From an uncultured Verrucomicrobiae bacterium (GTDB taxonomy: Bacteria > Verrucomicrobiota > Verrucomicrobiia > Limisphaerales > Palsa-1400): 64,000 nucleotides of DNA. Every line of letters begins with the position of its first letter. The first letter of the stretch is position 1. The DNA is taken from NCBI GenBank assembly GCA_963764165.1, contig CAVXRD010000001.1, positions 416,001-480,000 of the forward strand. Direction: 5' to 3'. Under the pieces are notes generated by a model. That model ran no database searches. It had not been told where the DNA came from and saw only the letters and a program-made list of their open reading frames with translations. This document shows, one piece after another, positions 30,193 through 39,798 of this stretch. Both the position numbers and the translations under genes were made by a program.

Positions 30193-31512
30193 TTAGAACG
30201 ACTTCGTCGTGCCGGGGACGGGTATGGCGTAGCGCCCATTGGCGTCCGGCTTCGTCGGTGTGGAAGCATCCCAGCCAAGGGCTTTGGGGAACGTGTCCAA
30301 CTTTGAATTAATCGCATTGTCCCAAGTCACTTCTTTGCCGCAATAGGTGGCCATGCGGCCCATGACCGCGGTCATCGTGCTGTAAGCACCGTACTCCAAA
30401 GTTTCGGCGTAAGGCGTGTCGTTGCGGATGGCGGCAAATAAATCGTCGTGCTCCTGCTGATACGGGTCGACGTCGTTATCACTGCTGTAACGCCATTTGT
30501 TCGCGCCTTCAATTCGATGCCCGCTGACGTCGCATAATCCGGTTGTTCCCTGGACGTGCTCGGAAACATTGTCCCAGCAGCCTACGATATGGCGGCATTG
30601 GCTGCTCAGCCGGGAGCCGTCCGGGTATTCAAATTCCACCGCGTGATGATCAAAAATTTCGCCGTTGTCGATTCCCTTGCGCACTTCGCGGCCGCCCATG
30701 CCCCAAGCGCGGACCGGGTGCGCTTTCTTGACCCAATTGATGACGTCCAAATTGTGAATGTGCTGTTCAACAATATGATCGCCGCAAAGCCAGACAAAAT
30801 AATACCAGTTGTACATCTGGTATTCCATTTCGGTGGGGACGCGGCCCAATTTTTGTTCCAGCTCTTTGCGCGGATGAACCCACACGCCGGGATTGTTCCA
30901 ATAGGCGCGCATCGCAACTATATCGCCGATGGCGCCGTCATGGAGCCGCTGGATGGTTTCAAGATAGCCTTTTTGGTGATGCCGCTGCAATCCAACTGCG
31001 ACCTTCAAATTCTTCTTCTTCGCCTCAGCCGCCGCGGCCAAAACTTTGCGAACGCCAGGGCCGTCCACGGCCACGGGCTTCTCCATGAAAATGTGTTTGC
31101 CCTGCTTGACAGCTTCCTCGAAATGAGAAGGGCGAAAGCCCGGTGGCGTGGCAAGGATCACCACGTCGGCGAGAGCCATCGCATGTTGAAACGCGTCGAA
31201 CCCGATGAACTTGTTCTCCTCGGGAACATCAACGCGGTCGGCATGTTTGGCCTTGAGCATGTTGTAGCTCCCGTCCAGGCGCTCCTTGAATACATCACCC
31301 ATCGCGACCAGCTTGAGCGGACCGGTCGTGCTCAACGCCTGGTCCGCCGCTCCGCTGCCGCGGCCTCCGCATCCGATCAGCGCCACCTTCAGAGTGTCCG
31401 TGCCGGCGGCAAAAACTCCCGGAGCCACGGCGGCGGCAGCGGCAAGGGTGGTCGTGGCCCGGATGAAATTCCGGCGTGTGAGTTCGGGAAAAGCGGATTG
31501 TTTCGAGTTCAT
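30193..31512 (-). CDS. Tat-exported Gfo/Idh/MocA oxidoreductase
   Basis: TRRNFI Tat motif; IGCGGRG, ATPPGFR, MEKP, DHIVEQHIHNLD. Confidence 0.92.
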   Translation of the reverse strand: MNSKQSAFPELTRRNFIRATTTLAAAAAVAPGVFAAGTDTLKVALIGCGGRGSGAADQALSTTGPLKLVAMGDVFKERLDGSYNMLKAKHADRVDVPEENKFIGFDAFQHAMALADVVILATPPGFRPSHFEEAVKQGKHIFMEKPVAVDGPGVRKVLAAAAEAKKKNLKVAVGLQRHHQKGYLETIQRLHDGAIGDIVAMRAYWNNPGVWVHPRKELEQKLGRVPTEMEYQMYNWYYFVWLCGDHIVEQHIHNLDVINWVKKAHPVRAWGMGGREVRKGIDNGEIFDHHAVEFEYPDGSRLSSQCRHIVGCWDNVSEHVQGTTGLCDVSGHRIEGANKWRYSSDNDVDPYQQEHDDLFAAIRNDTPYAETLEYGAYSTMTAVMGRMATYCGKEVTWDNAINSKLDTFPKALGWDASTPTKPDANGRYAIPVPGTTKSF

Positions 31513-31571
31513 AGCATTTATTGACCAAAGGGTGTTTATGCCTATTCAAATAAACTGTGCGCGGCGCTTGA

Positions 31572-33296
31572 TCAATCCTTTTCCGTGCCGCTGTGCCAAT
31601 ACTTGTACATCTCCTCCACCGACGGAACTTTCAGCGGGCGGATGATGCGGAATCCGACGAACTGCGCGTCGGTCAAAAACCAGATGCTCTTGGGCAACTG
31701 CGGGTCCTGCATTTTCCACTCGGGGCCGGAACCGCGGCGCACCGCGCTGCGCAATTTGTCCGCTTTGTCCTGCCAGGAGCCGCCGCGCACCACATGCGGA
31801 TACGGCTTGGTCGCTTTGTTCCACGGCTCGGTGACGATGTCCGTGAATTTCTTGTAATAGTTTGGGTCGTATTGATCGAGCGTCCACTCATCGACGTTGC
31901 CGATGATGTCGTAAAGGCCCCATGGATTCGGCGCTTTCTTGCCGACCTTTTGATATTTGAAATCGCTGTTGTCATCGAACCAGGCGTAATCGCCGAGCTT
32001 CGCCGGGTCATCGCCAAAGAAGTAGGCGGTGGTCGTGCCGGCGCGGCAGGCGTATTCCCATTCGGCTTCCGTAGGGAGGCGATAGAAATGGCCCGTCTTG
32101 GCGCTAAGCCATTGGCAATAAATATTCGCCGCGTGCTGCGTCATGCTGATGGCCGGATAACCCTCCTTGCCCATGCCGAAACTCATTTCGACGTAGGGCT
32201 TGGTCGGCCGCGTCACGGCGTCCACCGAGGCCGCGGTGTAATTGGTCGTTCCGTCTTTCGGCGGCGTGGACGATGAGGATTTGTCTTCCGGATACATGAA
32301 CAATTCGTATTCGTCCCACGTGACTTCGCATTGCTCCATCCAGAACGGTTCGATCTTCACTTTGTGCTGCGGGCCCTCATCATCCTTGCGACCGGCTTCG
32401 GTCGCGGGGCTGCCCATGAGATATTCCCCAGCGGGAATCGGCACCATCGCGTAATTCACGGCTGTTCCCGGAATGGTGTTCGTGTAAGGCTTCATGTCCG
32501 CCTGGGCCTGTTCTTTTGAAACCGTGAGAATGTTCAGGCGGATGGCCTCGACCAATTCCAAATCCTTCGCCTGCCCGCCGCCCTTGGGTTCGCCTAATTT
32601 CACCTCGGCCGGCCAATTCGCGCCCTGCCCCACCCACTTGGCAATCGTCGCCTTCGCGTCGGCGGAAAGCGCGCCGCCCTTGGCAAAAATCGGCACGACA
32701 TCGTGCGCAAAGTCCACCTGGCCCGCTGGGGCAGTCGAACTTGCTGCCGCCTTGGCGGACGGATAGCTCAATTCCGACGGCCAGTCGGTGCCCTGCGCAA
32801 CCCACAACTTCAAAATATCCTTGCCGACTTCCGGAACGGGCCCGCCATGATCGAGAATCGGCTCGACGTCGCGGCCGAATTCCACCTTCATCACCACCTT
32901 GAGCGTCAAGCCATCCGGCCAAGTCGCACCCTCGGCAATCCATTGTTTGAGCGTCTCGGATTGCTCCTTGGTGAGAGGTGTTTTGCCCTTGGGCGCCGGC
33001 GGCATATGGCTGTCATCGGTTATCGGCAGCGCTGTCAACGAATAGACCTGGCTGTCATCCGGATGGCCGGGAGAAATGCGCTGGTCCTTCTTGTGCGGCT
33101 TGAAAGCATCCTCTTTGGTGTCCAACGCGTATTTCCCGTTTTCCTCGGCGTGGGTGGCGTTATGGCAAACCACGCAATTCATCTCGAGAATCGGTTTGAC
33201 GTCCGTGACGAAATCGACAGGTTTGGCCGCGGCATCATTGGCCAAAAACAGGCCAGCCGTTACGGCTCCCAAAGCGCAACATTTAGGGAAAATCAT
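31572..33296 (-). CDS. Planctomycete-type cytochrome c domain fused to a SUMF1/FGE-sulfatase domain
   Basis: VDFVTDVKPILEMNCVVCH...MPP...WIAEGA; EGPQH, EVT, RLPTEAEWEYACRAG, PNPWGLYD.IGNV.EW, RGGSW, GFR; ATG 33296 gives a signal peptide. Confidence 0.9.
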   Translation of the reverse strand: MIFPKCCALGAVTAGLFLANDAAAKPVDFVTDVKPILEMNCVVCHNATHAEENGKYALDTKEDAFKPHKKDQRISPGHPDDSQVYSLTALPITDDSHMPPAPKGKTPLTKEQSETLKQWIAEGATWPDGLTLKVVMKVEFGRDVEPILDHGGPVPEVGKDILKLWVAQGTDWPSELSYPSAKAAASSTAPAGQVDFAHDVVPIFAKGGALSADAKATIAKWVGQGANWPAEVKLGEPKGGGQAKDLELVEAIRLNILTVSKEQAQADMKPYTNTIPGTAVNYAMVPIPAGEYLMGSPATEAGRKDDEGPQHKVKIEPFWMEQCEVTWDEYELFMYPEDKSSSSTPPKDGTTNYTAASVDAVTRPTKPYVEMSFGMGKEGYPAISMTQHAANIYCQWLSAKTGHFYRLPTEAEWEYACRAGTTTAYFFGDDPAKLGDYAWFDDNSDFKYQKVGKKAPNPWGLYDIIGNVDEWTLDQYDPNYYKKFTDIVTEPWNKATKPYPHVVRGGSWQDKADKLRSAVRRGSGPEWKMQDPQLPKSIWFLTDAQFVGFRIIRPLKVPSVEEMYKYWHSGTEKD

Positions 33297-33443
33297 TTCG
33301 TGCGCATGATTGGGAACGCCCCCGAGAAAGTCAATCCCGGCCCAAATATTTGCCGACCACAACCGCGCCTGTTGAAACAAAATTCCCCGCCATTTTCGAA
33401 ACGCCCAATTAACTCTTGATCGCTGCTCAGTTTTCATGATTTT

Positions 33444-33472
33444 TGGTCTAATAGGTCTAATTTGGTCTAATT
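33444..33472 (+). repeat. Short tandem repeat GGTCTAAT x3
   Basis: tGGTCTAATaGGTCTAATttGGTCTAATt. Confidence 0.7.
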
Positions 33473-33718
33473 CACTCGATTTTGGGGCGCATGACGGGAC
33501 CGCCACCCGCCCGATCAGCAATCAGCAAGCTTTTCGCGCGCTGCGACCAGCATCTCCCAGCCACCAGTTCATTCGACTCTGTCCTGACATATATATTCAT
33601 GGCAACACAAGTCTTGCACATCCGCCGCCAACAGGGAACCTGCCAGAGGTTTTTCAGCACGATTTTTGAAGAAATATTGGGAGAAATTGAATCTGGAACC
33701 ACCAAACTTAGGAAAAGA

Positions 33719-33747
33719 GCCACAGATTGACACAGATCAACACAGAG
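33719..33747 (+). repeat. Solo arm of the 10-nt periodic element
   Basis: GCCACAGATTGACACAGATCAACACAGAG, near-identical to the arms at 23917 and 24037. Confidence 0.85.
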
Positions 33748-33925
33748 CTGGCACCACTGTCTCAGCAACATCTGAATTGCCGGATTCTGCCGTTATTACG
33801 GACAGCCACTGATCAGCCGCGACGCCGCTTTTGATCGCGTCAGAGGCTTGCGGCGGTTGCACTTTTGATGACGGTTATAGGTGAGATCAGCCAACGCGTA
33901 GTAGGAGTTCCTGCGATGCGAGCGA

Positions 33926-34633
33926 TTATTTGGAAACCTTTGCTTTCTTTGGGTGCGGGTCCTCCGCCATATTTTTAACCTGCTGCCAGAGTTCGGACTT
34001 TGCATCATCCTCATGCATTACATAAGACCATCCAGTGCCAGAATCCTTCCATTTAAGTTTCTTCCAGGCTGAAGACCTCGAAACTTTAACCAATGCATTG
34101 CTTGCGGTTTCACTCGTGGGCAGCGCAAACAACTCCGTCCGAAAGTCACCCTTTGAAACGCAATATGCGAGGTAGTCCTCGGCCTTTTCCGCCTGGCCAA
34201 ATAGAGAGTAACCCGAGCTCATCGATAAGGGCACACCATTTACAATGGCAAATGGCATGTCGGGCCAATCCGATTCCTTCATTGAACCGAAAGGGAGCAA
34301 GTCGCTCGCGCCTAGCATTGGAGCGCGGAGGATTCCACCGCCGTTTTTTGGCTTAAAAACCAACCGGCAAACATGACAAATCTTTTGATCCACTTCGCAG
34401 TGCTCCCGGAAGCTGCGCTCCGTCTTCGCGGCCTTTTCCAATGCAGCACACGCTGCAGTCTGGCCGGCGCTAATGAAGGTGTTGGCGGACTGAACGGCTT
34501 GGTCTGGCCGAAAGTTCCAAGGGTTGATATCCGGGAATGCCAGAATCGCCGACTCAAGATTGTTGGTACCCGCATGGCACGAAAATGCCACCACTGCGAC
34601 GAACACTTGAAAGCCAATTCGGTTAATTAGCAT
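33926..34633 (-). CDS. Hypothetical secreted protein; paralog of 9077-9715
   Basis: Signal peptide after ATG 34633; shared motifs CRLVF, WPDMP..IVNGVP, YLAYC. Confidence 0.75.
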   Translation of the reverse strand: MLINRIGFQVFVAVVAFSCHAGTNNLESAILAFPDINPWNFRPDQAVQSANTFISAGQTAACAALEKAAKTERSFREHCEVDQKICHVCRLVFKPKNGGGILRAPMLGASDLLPFGSMKESDWPDMPFAIVNGVPLSMSSGYSLFGQAEKAEDYLAYCVSKGDFRTELFALPTSETASNALVKVSRSSAWKKLKWKDSGTGWSYVMHEDDAKSELWQQVKNMAEDPHPKKAKVSK

Positions 34634-34682
34634 GGCGGCTGTTTGTGGACGGCGAGCGGTTCGTTCATTGAAGCACAAATTC

Positions 34683-35900
34683 TCAAGGCGCATCCTCTCG
34701 CTCGCAGTGCGGCGGCGGAATTTCGCCGGTGATGCAGCCCACTGCGGTCCAGGCGGCATTGGAGACTTGGGTATCCGTGAAACATGCGCGCAATGCAGGA
34801 ATCGAATTGCTCGCCTGCCCGCGAAAGAACCCGATCGATTGCGCGGCCGCCTTGCGCACGCGGACGTCCGGATCGCGGAGCACGCCGGTCAAGGCGGGAA
34901 TCGACAATTGGGGAAGGCTGTGGGCGAGGCCAAGGGCTGCCGCGGCGTCGGTGCGGACGCCAAAATATTTGTCGTTGAGCCCGCGAATGAACAACGGAAT
35001 GGCGACGTCCCGGCGCCCTCGCATTTCCAACAGTGCCGCGCATACAGCCGATCGCACCCAGAAATTCGTGTTGCCAAATGCGGCGGCGATCGTATCTGCA
35101 AAAGGGGTGGCGTATCCGCCAAAGTGCGCCAGTGCGCGGACGCTGGAACTGCTCACAAATGGACTATTATCAGCCACTCCCTGGATGAGGAGCGGGATGC
35201 AAATCTCAGGGTGTTGATGGATGGCCCCAAGCGCTTCCGCAGCGCACGAGCGTCCAGAAGTATCCCTCCCGTGGAATACACTCACCAGCGATGGAATCGC
35301 GGCAGCAGCGTCCCCCGGCGAAATGCGCCCCTCATCGACTGAGTTCGCCAGCGCACCGATGAAAAATCCCGTCTGGGGGAAAGTCATGCCCGGGAGAAGA
35401 TTCGTAAACGCAGGCAAAGCCGCCGGGCCGATGGCCATCAGCGCATAGAAACTTTCTATGCCGCCTTTTTTTGCATCCGCCTCCAATTCCGGCAGGCAAG
35501 GCGCTGCGATGGGGCCGAGCGCTTGCAGCATGCTGGCGCCACGCTGATGCTGGGCATCGAAATTGTGCAGTTTGATATGGAGCAGCGCAACGTGAGCGCC
35601 GAGCCACTCCTTGATCGCTTCCCTTGTCGTCAACCCCGCTCCCAAATCCTCCATCGCAAAAGGCAGCGCTTTGACACCTGTGGCTTGGATTGCTTTCTTC
35701 GAAGCTTCGACCTCTCTCCAACCGTTTGGGTCAGAGAAATTGGTGCTCGCCTTCTGGTAACGCGCCGCCCACTCGTACAATGTTTGATTCCCGTAAACAG
35801 GAAGTTTCGGCGGGGAAACAGATCGAATCGCGGCGAAAACGCAGACTGCCACCAACACAAAGCCCGCCCCAAAAACCACAGTCCTCGATGGCAATCTCAT
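34683..35900 (-). CDS. Membrane-anchored HEAT repeat protein
   Basis: N-terminal TM; repeats such as IPLFIRGLNDKYFGVRTDAAAALG and IPALTGVLRDPDVRVRKAAAQSIG. Confidence 0.87.
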   Translation of the reverse strand: MRLPSRTVVFGAGFVLVAVCVFAAIRSVSPPKLPVYGNQTLYEWAARYQKASTNFSDPNGWREVEASKKAIQATGVKALPFAMEDLGAGLTTREAIKEWLGAHVALLHIKLHNFDAQHQRGASMLQALGPIAAPCLPELEADAKKGGIESFYALMAIGPAALPAFTNLLPGMTFPQTGFFIGALANSVDEGRISPGDAAAAIPSLVSVFHGRDTSGRSCAAEALGAIHQHPEICIPLLIQGVADNSPFVSSSSVRALAHFGGYATPFADTIAAAFGNTNFWVRSAVCAALLEMRGRRDVAIPLFIRGLNDKYFGVRTDAAAALGLAHSLPQLSIPALTGVLRDPDVRVRKAAAQSIGFFRGQASNSIPALRACFTDTQVSNAAWTAVGCITGEIPPPHCEREDAP

Positions 35901-35953
35901 TGCCCATAATTGACCTGACAAATACTTTTTCGTTCAAATCTTTGCCGCCTTCG

Positions 35954-37168
35954 CTACGGATTGATCTTGCCCTGGATAAAATGGATGGCGGTTTCGGCGG
36001 CATGGGAGACTGCGGCATTGGAAGCTCGGGCATCTCTCAAGCATTCGCGCAGGGCGGGAATCGCATTGCTCGCGCTGCCGCGGAATTGCCCCAAGGATTG
36101 CGCGGACAGGATCCGCACCGTTGCCGACGGGTCGTGAAGCGCGTTCGTTAATGCGGGAACCGCCAAAATCGGGATGCTGTGGGCCTGCCCCAGGCTCATT
36201 GCGGCGAAATTGCGGATGGATTCGTCGGTATCCTGCAATCCACGGACGAGCGCCGGAACAGTGACCTCTCCGTGCGTGCGAAATTTGCCCAGCGCGTCGC
36301 AAGCGGCGAGCCGGACTGAGGAGTCCGGACTGTCCATCGCAGCCGCAATTTTATCCGCACAGATGCTGGCGGATTCACCGAACGCACCCAGCGATCGAAT
36401 GCTTGACGCACGAATCGATTCGGATTTGTCCGCCAATCCCTGGGCCAGAAGCGGGACGCAAATTTCAGGTTGTTGATGAATGGCCGCAAATGCATTCGCC
36501 GCCTGCCAGCGCCCATAAGAATCCGGCGAAACGAAAACCCTCGCCAGATACGGGACGGTGACGCCGGCAGCCTCTGGCGAAATGCGTCCCGCATACACCG
36601 AATTCGCCAATGCGCTGATCAGGTTTCCTGTCTGTGGAAATACGGATGTCGCGATAATATTCGTGAACGCAGGCAACGCTGCCGGGCCGATTGCCATCAG
36701 CGCGTCCTCGGTGTAACCGCTGTAACCGCTGCCTTTCCTCGCATCGGCGACCAATTGAGGCAGGCAAGGATCCGCGATGGGCCCGAGCGCCTGCAGCATG
36801 CAGATCCCCCGCGCGCGCTGAGTCGTGAAATCGTGCGGTTTTATTGTGAGCCACTTGGCGTGGGCGGCGAGCCATTGCCTGCCCTTTTCCACCGTCGTCA
36901 ATCCCGCCTCGGCGTCCGCCATGGCATACGGCAGCGCCTTGGCGCCGATGGATTGGATGGCCTTCTTCGAGGCTTCGACTTCTTTCCACCGATTCTGGTC
37001 AATGTAATTTGTGCTCGCGATCTGAAAGCGCGCTGTCCACTGGTAAAGCGTTTGATTTTCGTAAATGGGAAGGCCGCGCGCGGAAAGCAATTGAACGGCG
37101 CCCCAAACGCAGCCAGCAGCCACGGCAAAAACCACGATGGCGATCAGTTTCCGAAATGGCGCTTTCAC
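35954..37168 (-). CDS. Membrane-anchored HEAT repeat protein (tandem paralog)
   Basis: VPALVRGLQDTDESIRNFAAMSLG etc.; colinear with the downstream gene. Confidence 0.87.
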   Translation of the reverse strand: MKAPFRKLIAIVVFAVAAGCVWGAVQLLSARGLPIYENQTLYQWTARFQIASTNYIDQNRWKEVEASKKAIQSIGAKALPYAMADAEAGLTTVEKGRQWLAAHAKWLTIKPHDFTTQRARGICMLQALGPIADPCLPQLVADARKGSGYSGYTEDALMAIGPAALPAFTNIIATSVFPQTGNLISALANSVYAGRISPEAAGVTVPYLARVFVSPDSYGRWQAANAFAAIHQQPEICVPLLAQGLADKSESIRASSIRSLGAFGESASICADKIAAAMDSPDSSVRLAACDALGKFRTHGEVTVPALVRGLQDTDESIRNFAAMSLGQAHSIPILAVPALTNALHDPSATVRILSAQSLGQFRGSASNAIPALRECLRDARASNAAVSHAAETAIHFIQGKINP

Positions 37169-37299
37169 GGGAAATTAGAGTTACGGAGTCGGGCGCCCAT
37201 CGCAACCCTGAAAACCCTGTTCATGCTGTCTCAATTTTTGGTTCCTCGACGATTTCGGTGGAATAGCAGTGGCAAATTTGATTCATCTCGGCGAGGAAA

Positions 37300-37328
37300 C
37301 TCTGCGTTCTCTGCGCCTCTGCGCGCGA
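37300..37328. repeat. CTCTGCG periodic repeat arm
   Basis: CTCTGCGTT CTCTGCGC CTCTGCGCGCGA; a decayed opposite-strand version (CGCGCAGAG..GCGCAGAG) lies near 37509-37539. Confidence 0.72.
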
Positions 37329-37355
37329 TGGCGTTTAATGCCACGATGAAACCCA

Positions 37356-37565
37356 ATGGAAAGGGACCATCCCATGCATGCCAAGCAGTGGCGCACTCGT
37401 CTGGTTCTGGCGAAGCTCCAAGCAGGCATCGTTCTTAATTTTGGTCTGGAGCGAATCAAGGACGGGATCACACGCATCGTCAACGGCCTTCCAGAGGGAG
37501 AAGAACTTTCGCGCAGAGAAGATGAGTGCGCAGAGGAATACAAAGACAAGTCCCCACTCCACTGA
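37356..37565 (+). pseudogene. C-terminal remnant of a GxxExxY family protein
   Basis: HPMHAKQ..T.L.LAKLQAGIVLNFG...IKDGITRIVNGL matches the recalled family C-terminus; the N-terminal GxxExxY part is absent. Confidence 0.75.
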
Positions 37566-37794
37566 AAACAATGAGGGACCATTCACATCACCTCCATCGT
37601 CCAAAAACGACTCTGGCCTGTTTTCCTAAGCTCGGGCGTTCCAGAGTCAATTTCTTCCCCCTTCGGTTCTTTGCCCCCTTCCGCGAACAAAAGGGCTTGC
37701 AAATGGGCCGTCTTTTTCCAGAATGCACGCGCGTCGTCGCCGCTGTGACCTTGGAAACCATCACCATCACGCATTTTTTCACCTGCTTTCCCGC

Positions 37795-39702
37795 ATGAAC
37801 CATCGTTTCATCCCACTCATTTCCGTCGCGTTGCCAATTCTGGCCCAGGCTCAATCCGAGAATACCGCTGCCATGCCTGTTCCCTACGATAATGCCATTC
37901 CGGCGGCGCAGGATGTTCCGTGGCCAGGCACGGTCACGATTTCCGTCGACACGACCGATGTGACGCGGGCCATTTTTCAGGTGCATGAATCCATTTCGGG
38001 CACCATGGCCGGGCCGCTAACCCTGCTCTACCCAAAGTGGCATCCCGGGCACCACGCCGATTCGGGCCAGCCCTCGCAATTGGGCGGATTGGTTATTAGC
38101 GCGGGCGGCAAGACCATTCCGTGGCGGCGTGATCCAGTCGATATGTGCGCTTTCCACATTGATGTTCCGGCGGGAGTTTCGAGCATCGAGGCTGATTATC
38201 AATATCTCGCGCCGACCGACATCACCCAGGGCCGAATCGTCACCACGCCGGACATGCTCAACATGGAGTGGATGGTGGTGGTTGTTTATCCGGCGGGATA
38301 TTACGCCCGCCGCATCAATTGCGACGCAACTGTCAAATACCCCGACGGCTGGAAAGGCTGCACCGCGCTGGAAGCCGCCTCGACGGATCAATCCACGGTG
38401 CATTACAAACCTGTACCGTTGGATGTCCTTATGGACAGCCCGATCATGGCCGGCGCGAATGTGCGCGTGGTTGAGCTCTCCCCGAAAGTACGACTGGACA
38501 TCATCGCCGACCAACCGGAGCAGCTTGCGGCCACCGATGAGCAGCTTGAACTGCACAAGAATCTGGTCAAACAGGCGGTCAAATTGTTCGGCGCGGAGCA
38601 TTACAACCATTACGATTTTCTCCTGGCCATGAGCGATCGCCAAAGCGGCATCGGCCTTGAGCATCATCGGAGTTCGGAGGATGGGGTCGACGCCGCTTAC
38701 TTTACCGAATGGAAAGATCATGTGACTTCGCGCAATTTGCTCCCCCACGAATACACGCATAGCTGGGACGGCAAGTATCGCCGCCCGGCGGATTTATGGA
38801 CACCCGACTACCGCGAGCCGATGCGTGACTCGCTGCTGTGGGTTTACGAGGGCCAGACGCAATTCTGGGGTTACGTGCTCGGGGCGCGCTCCGGACTTAA
38901 CACGAAAGAGGAAACGCTCGGCGCTCTGGCCAGCATCGCCGCTCATCTTGACACGGACGCCGGGCGCAAGTGGCGCCCGCTGGAAGACACAACGGATGAT
39001 CCGATCATTTCGCAGCGCCGTCCCAAGGCGTGGCGTTCCTATCAGCGTTCCGAGGATTATTACAACGAAGGCATGCTCATCTGGCTGGATGCCGACAGCT
39101 TGATTCGCGAACTTTCTCACGGCGCGCGCTCCATGGATGATTTCGCCAAGGCATTTTACGGCATGCGCGACGGCGATTACGGCGAATTGACCTACACGTT
39201 CGACGACGTCGTCCACACGCTCAACGAAGTGCAGCCGAATGATTGGGCGGCATTTCTGCACAAACGTCTCGATGAAGTCAGCGACCACGCCCCGCTGGAT
39301 GGCTTCACCCGCGGCGGTTACAAATTGGTTTACACGAACACTCCGACCGATTGGTGGAAAACAGCCGAAAAGCAGCGCAAGATGACGGATCTCACTTTTT
39401 CCGGCGGGTTGATCATGGGCAAAGAGGGAGAAATCACCGGAGTTGCTTGGGGCAGTCCGGCTTTCGATGCGGGCCTGACCGTGAGCACGAAAATCATAGC
39501 GGTGAATGGTCATTCGTATGACAACGATAAATTGAAAGCCGCTATCAAGGCGAAGAAACCGTCAATCAGCCTTATCGTCAAAACCGGCGATGTTTTCCGA
39601 ACTGTTGAACTCAAATATGACGGAGGATTGCGCTATCCGATGTTTGAGAAAATTGGCAGCAGCCCGGCCACGCTGGACATGTTGTTAAGCCCGAAAATGT
39701 AA
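37795..39702 (+). CDS. M61 family metallopeptidase (glycyl aminopeptidase-like) with C-terminal PDZ-like domain
   Basis: Signal peptide; PKWHPGHH, GLEHHRS, HEYTHSW, LWVYEG.T, DYY.EG, GSPAFDAGL. Confidence 0.92.
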   Translation: MNHRFIPLISVALPILAQAQSENTAAMPVPYDNAIPAAQDVPWPGTVTISVDTTDVTRAIFQVHESISGTMAGPLTLLYPKWHPGHHADSGQPSQLGGLVISAGGKTIPWRRDPVDMCAFHIDVPAGVSSIEADYQYLAPTDITQGRIVTTPDMLNMEWMVVVVYPAGYYARRINCDATVKYPDGWKGCTALEAASTDQSTVHYKPVPLDVLMDSPIMAGANVRVVELSPKVRLDIIADQPEQLAATDEQLELHKNLVKQAVKLFGAEHYNHYDFLLAMSDRQSGIGLEHHRSSEDGVDAAYFTEWKDHVTSRNLLPHEYTHSWDGKYRRPADLWTPDYREPMRDSLLWVYEGQTQFWGYVLGARSGLNTKEETLGALASIAAHLDTDAGRKWRPLEDTTDDPIISQRRPKAWRSYQRSEDYYNEGMLIWLDADSLIRELSHGARSMDDFAKAFYGMRDGDYGELTYTFDDVVHTLNEVQPNDWAAFLHKRLDEVSDHAPLDGFTRGGYKLVYTNTPTDWWKTAEKQRKMTDLTFSGGLIMGKEGEITGVAWGSPAFDAGLTVSTKIIAVNGHSYDNDKLKAAIKAKKPSISLIVKTGDVFRTVELKYDGGLRYPMFEKIGSSPATLDMLLSPKM

Positions 39703-39710
39703 GCCTTTAC

Positions 39711-39790
39711 GGTAGGGCGAGACTCTGCCGATCCCTCATTAAACCCCGTTTCCAAAATCGAATCAGGTCTCGACGGAGTCTTGCCCTGCC
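39711..39790. repeat. REP family 1 inverted doublet between convergent genes
   Basis: GGTAGGGCGAGACTCTGCCGATCCC (39711-39735) and GGTCTCGACGGAGTCTTGCCCTGCC (39766-39790). Confidence 0.85.
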
Positions 39791-39798
39791 GAGGGGGA

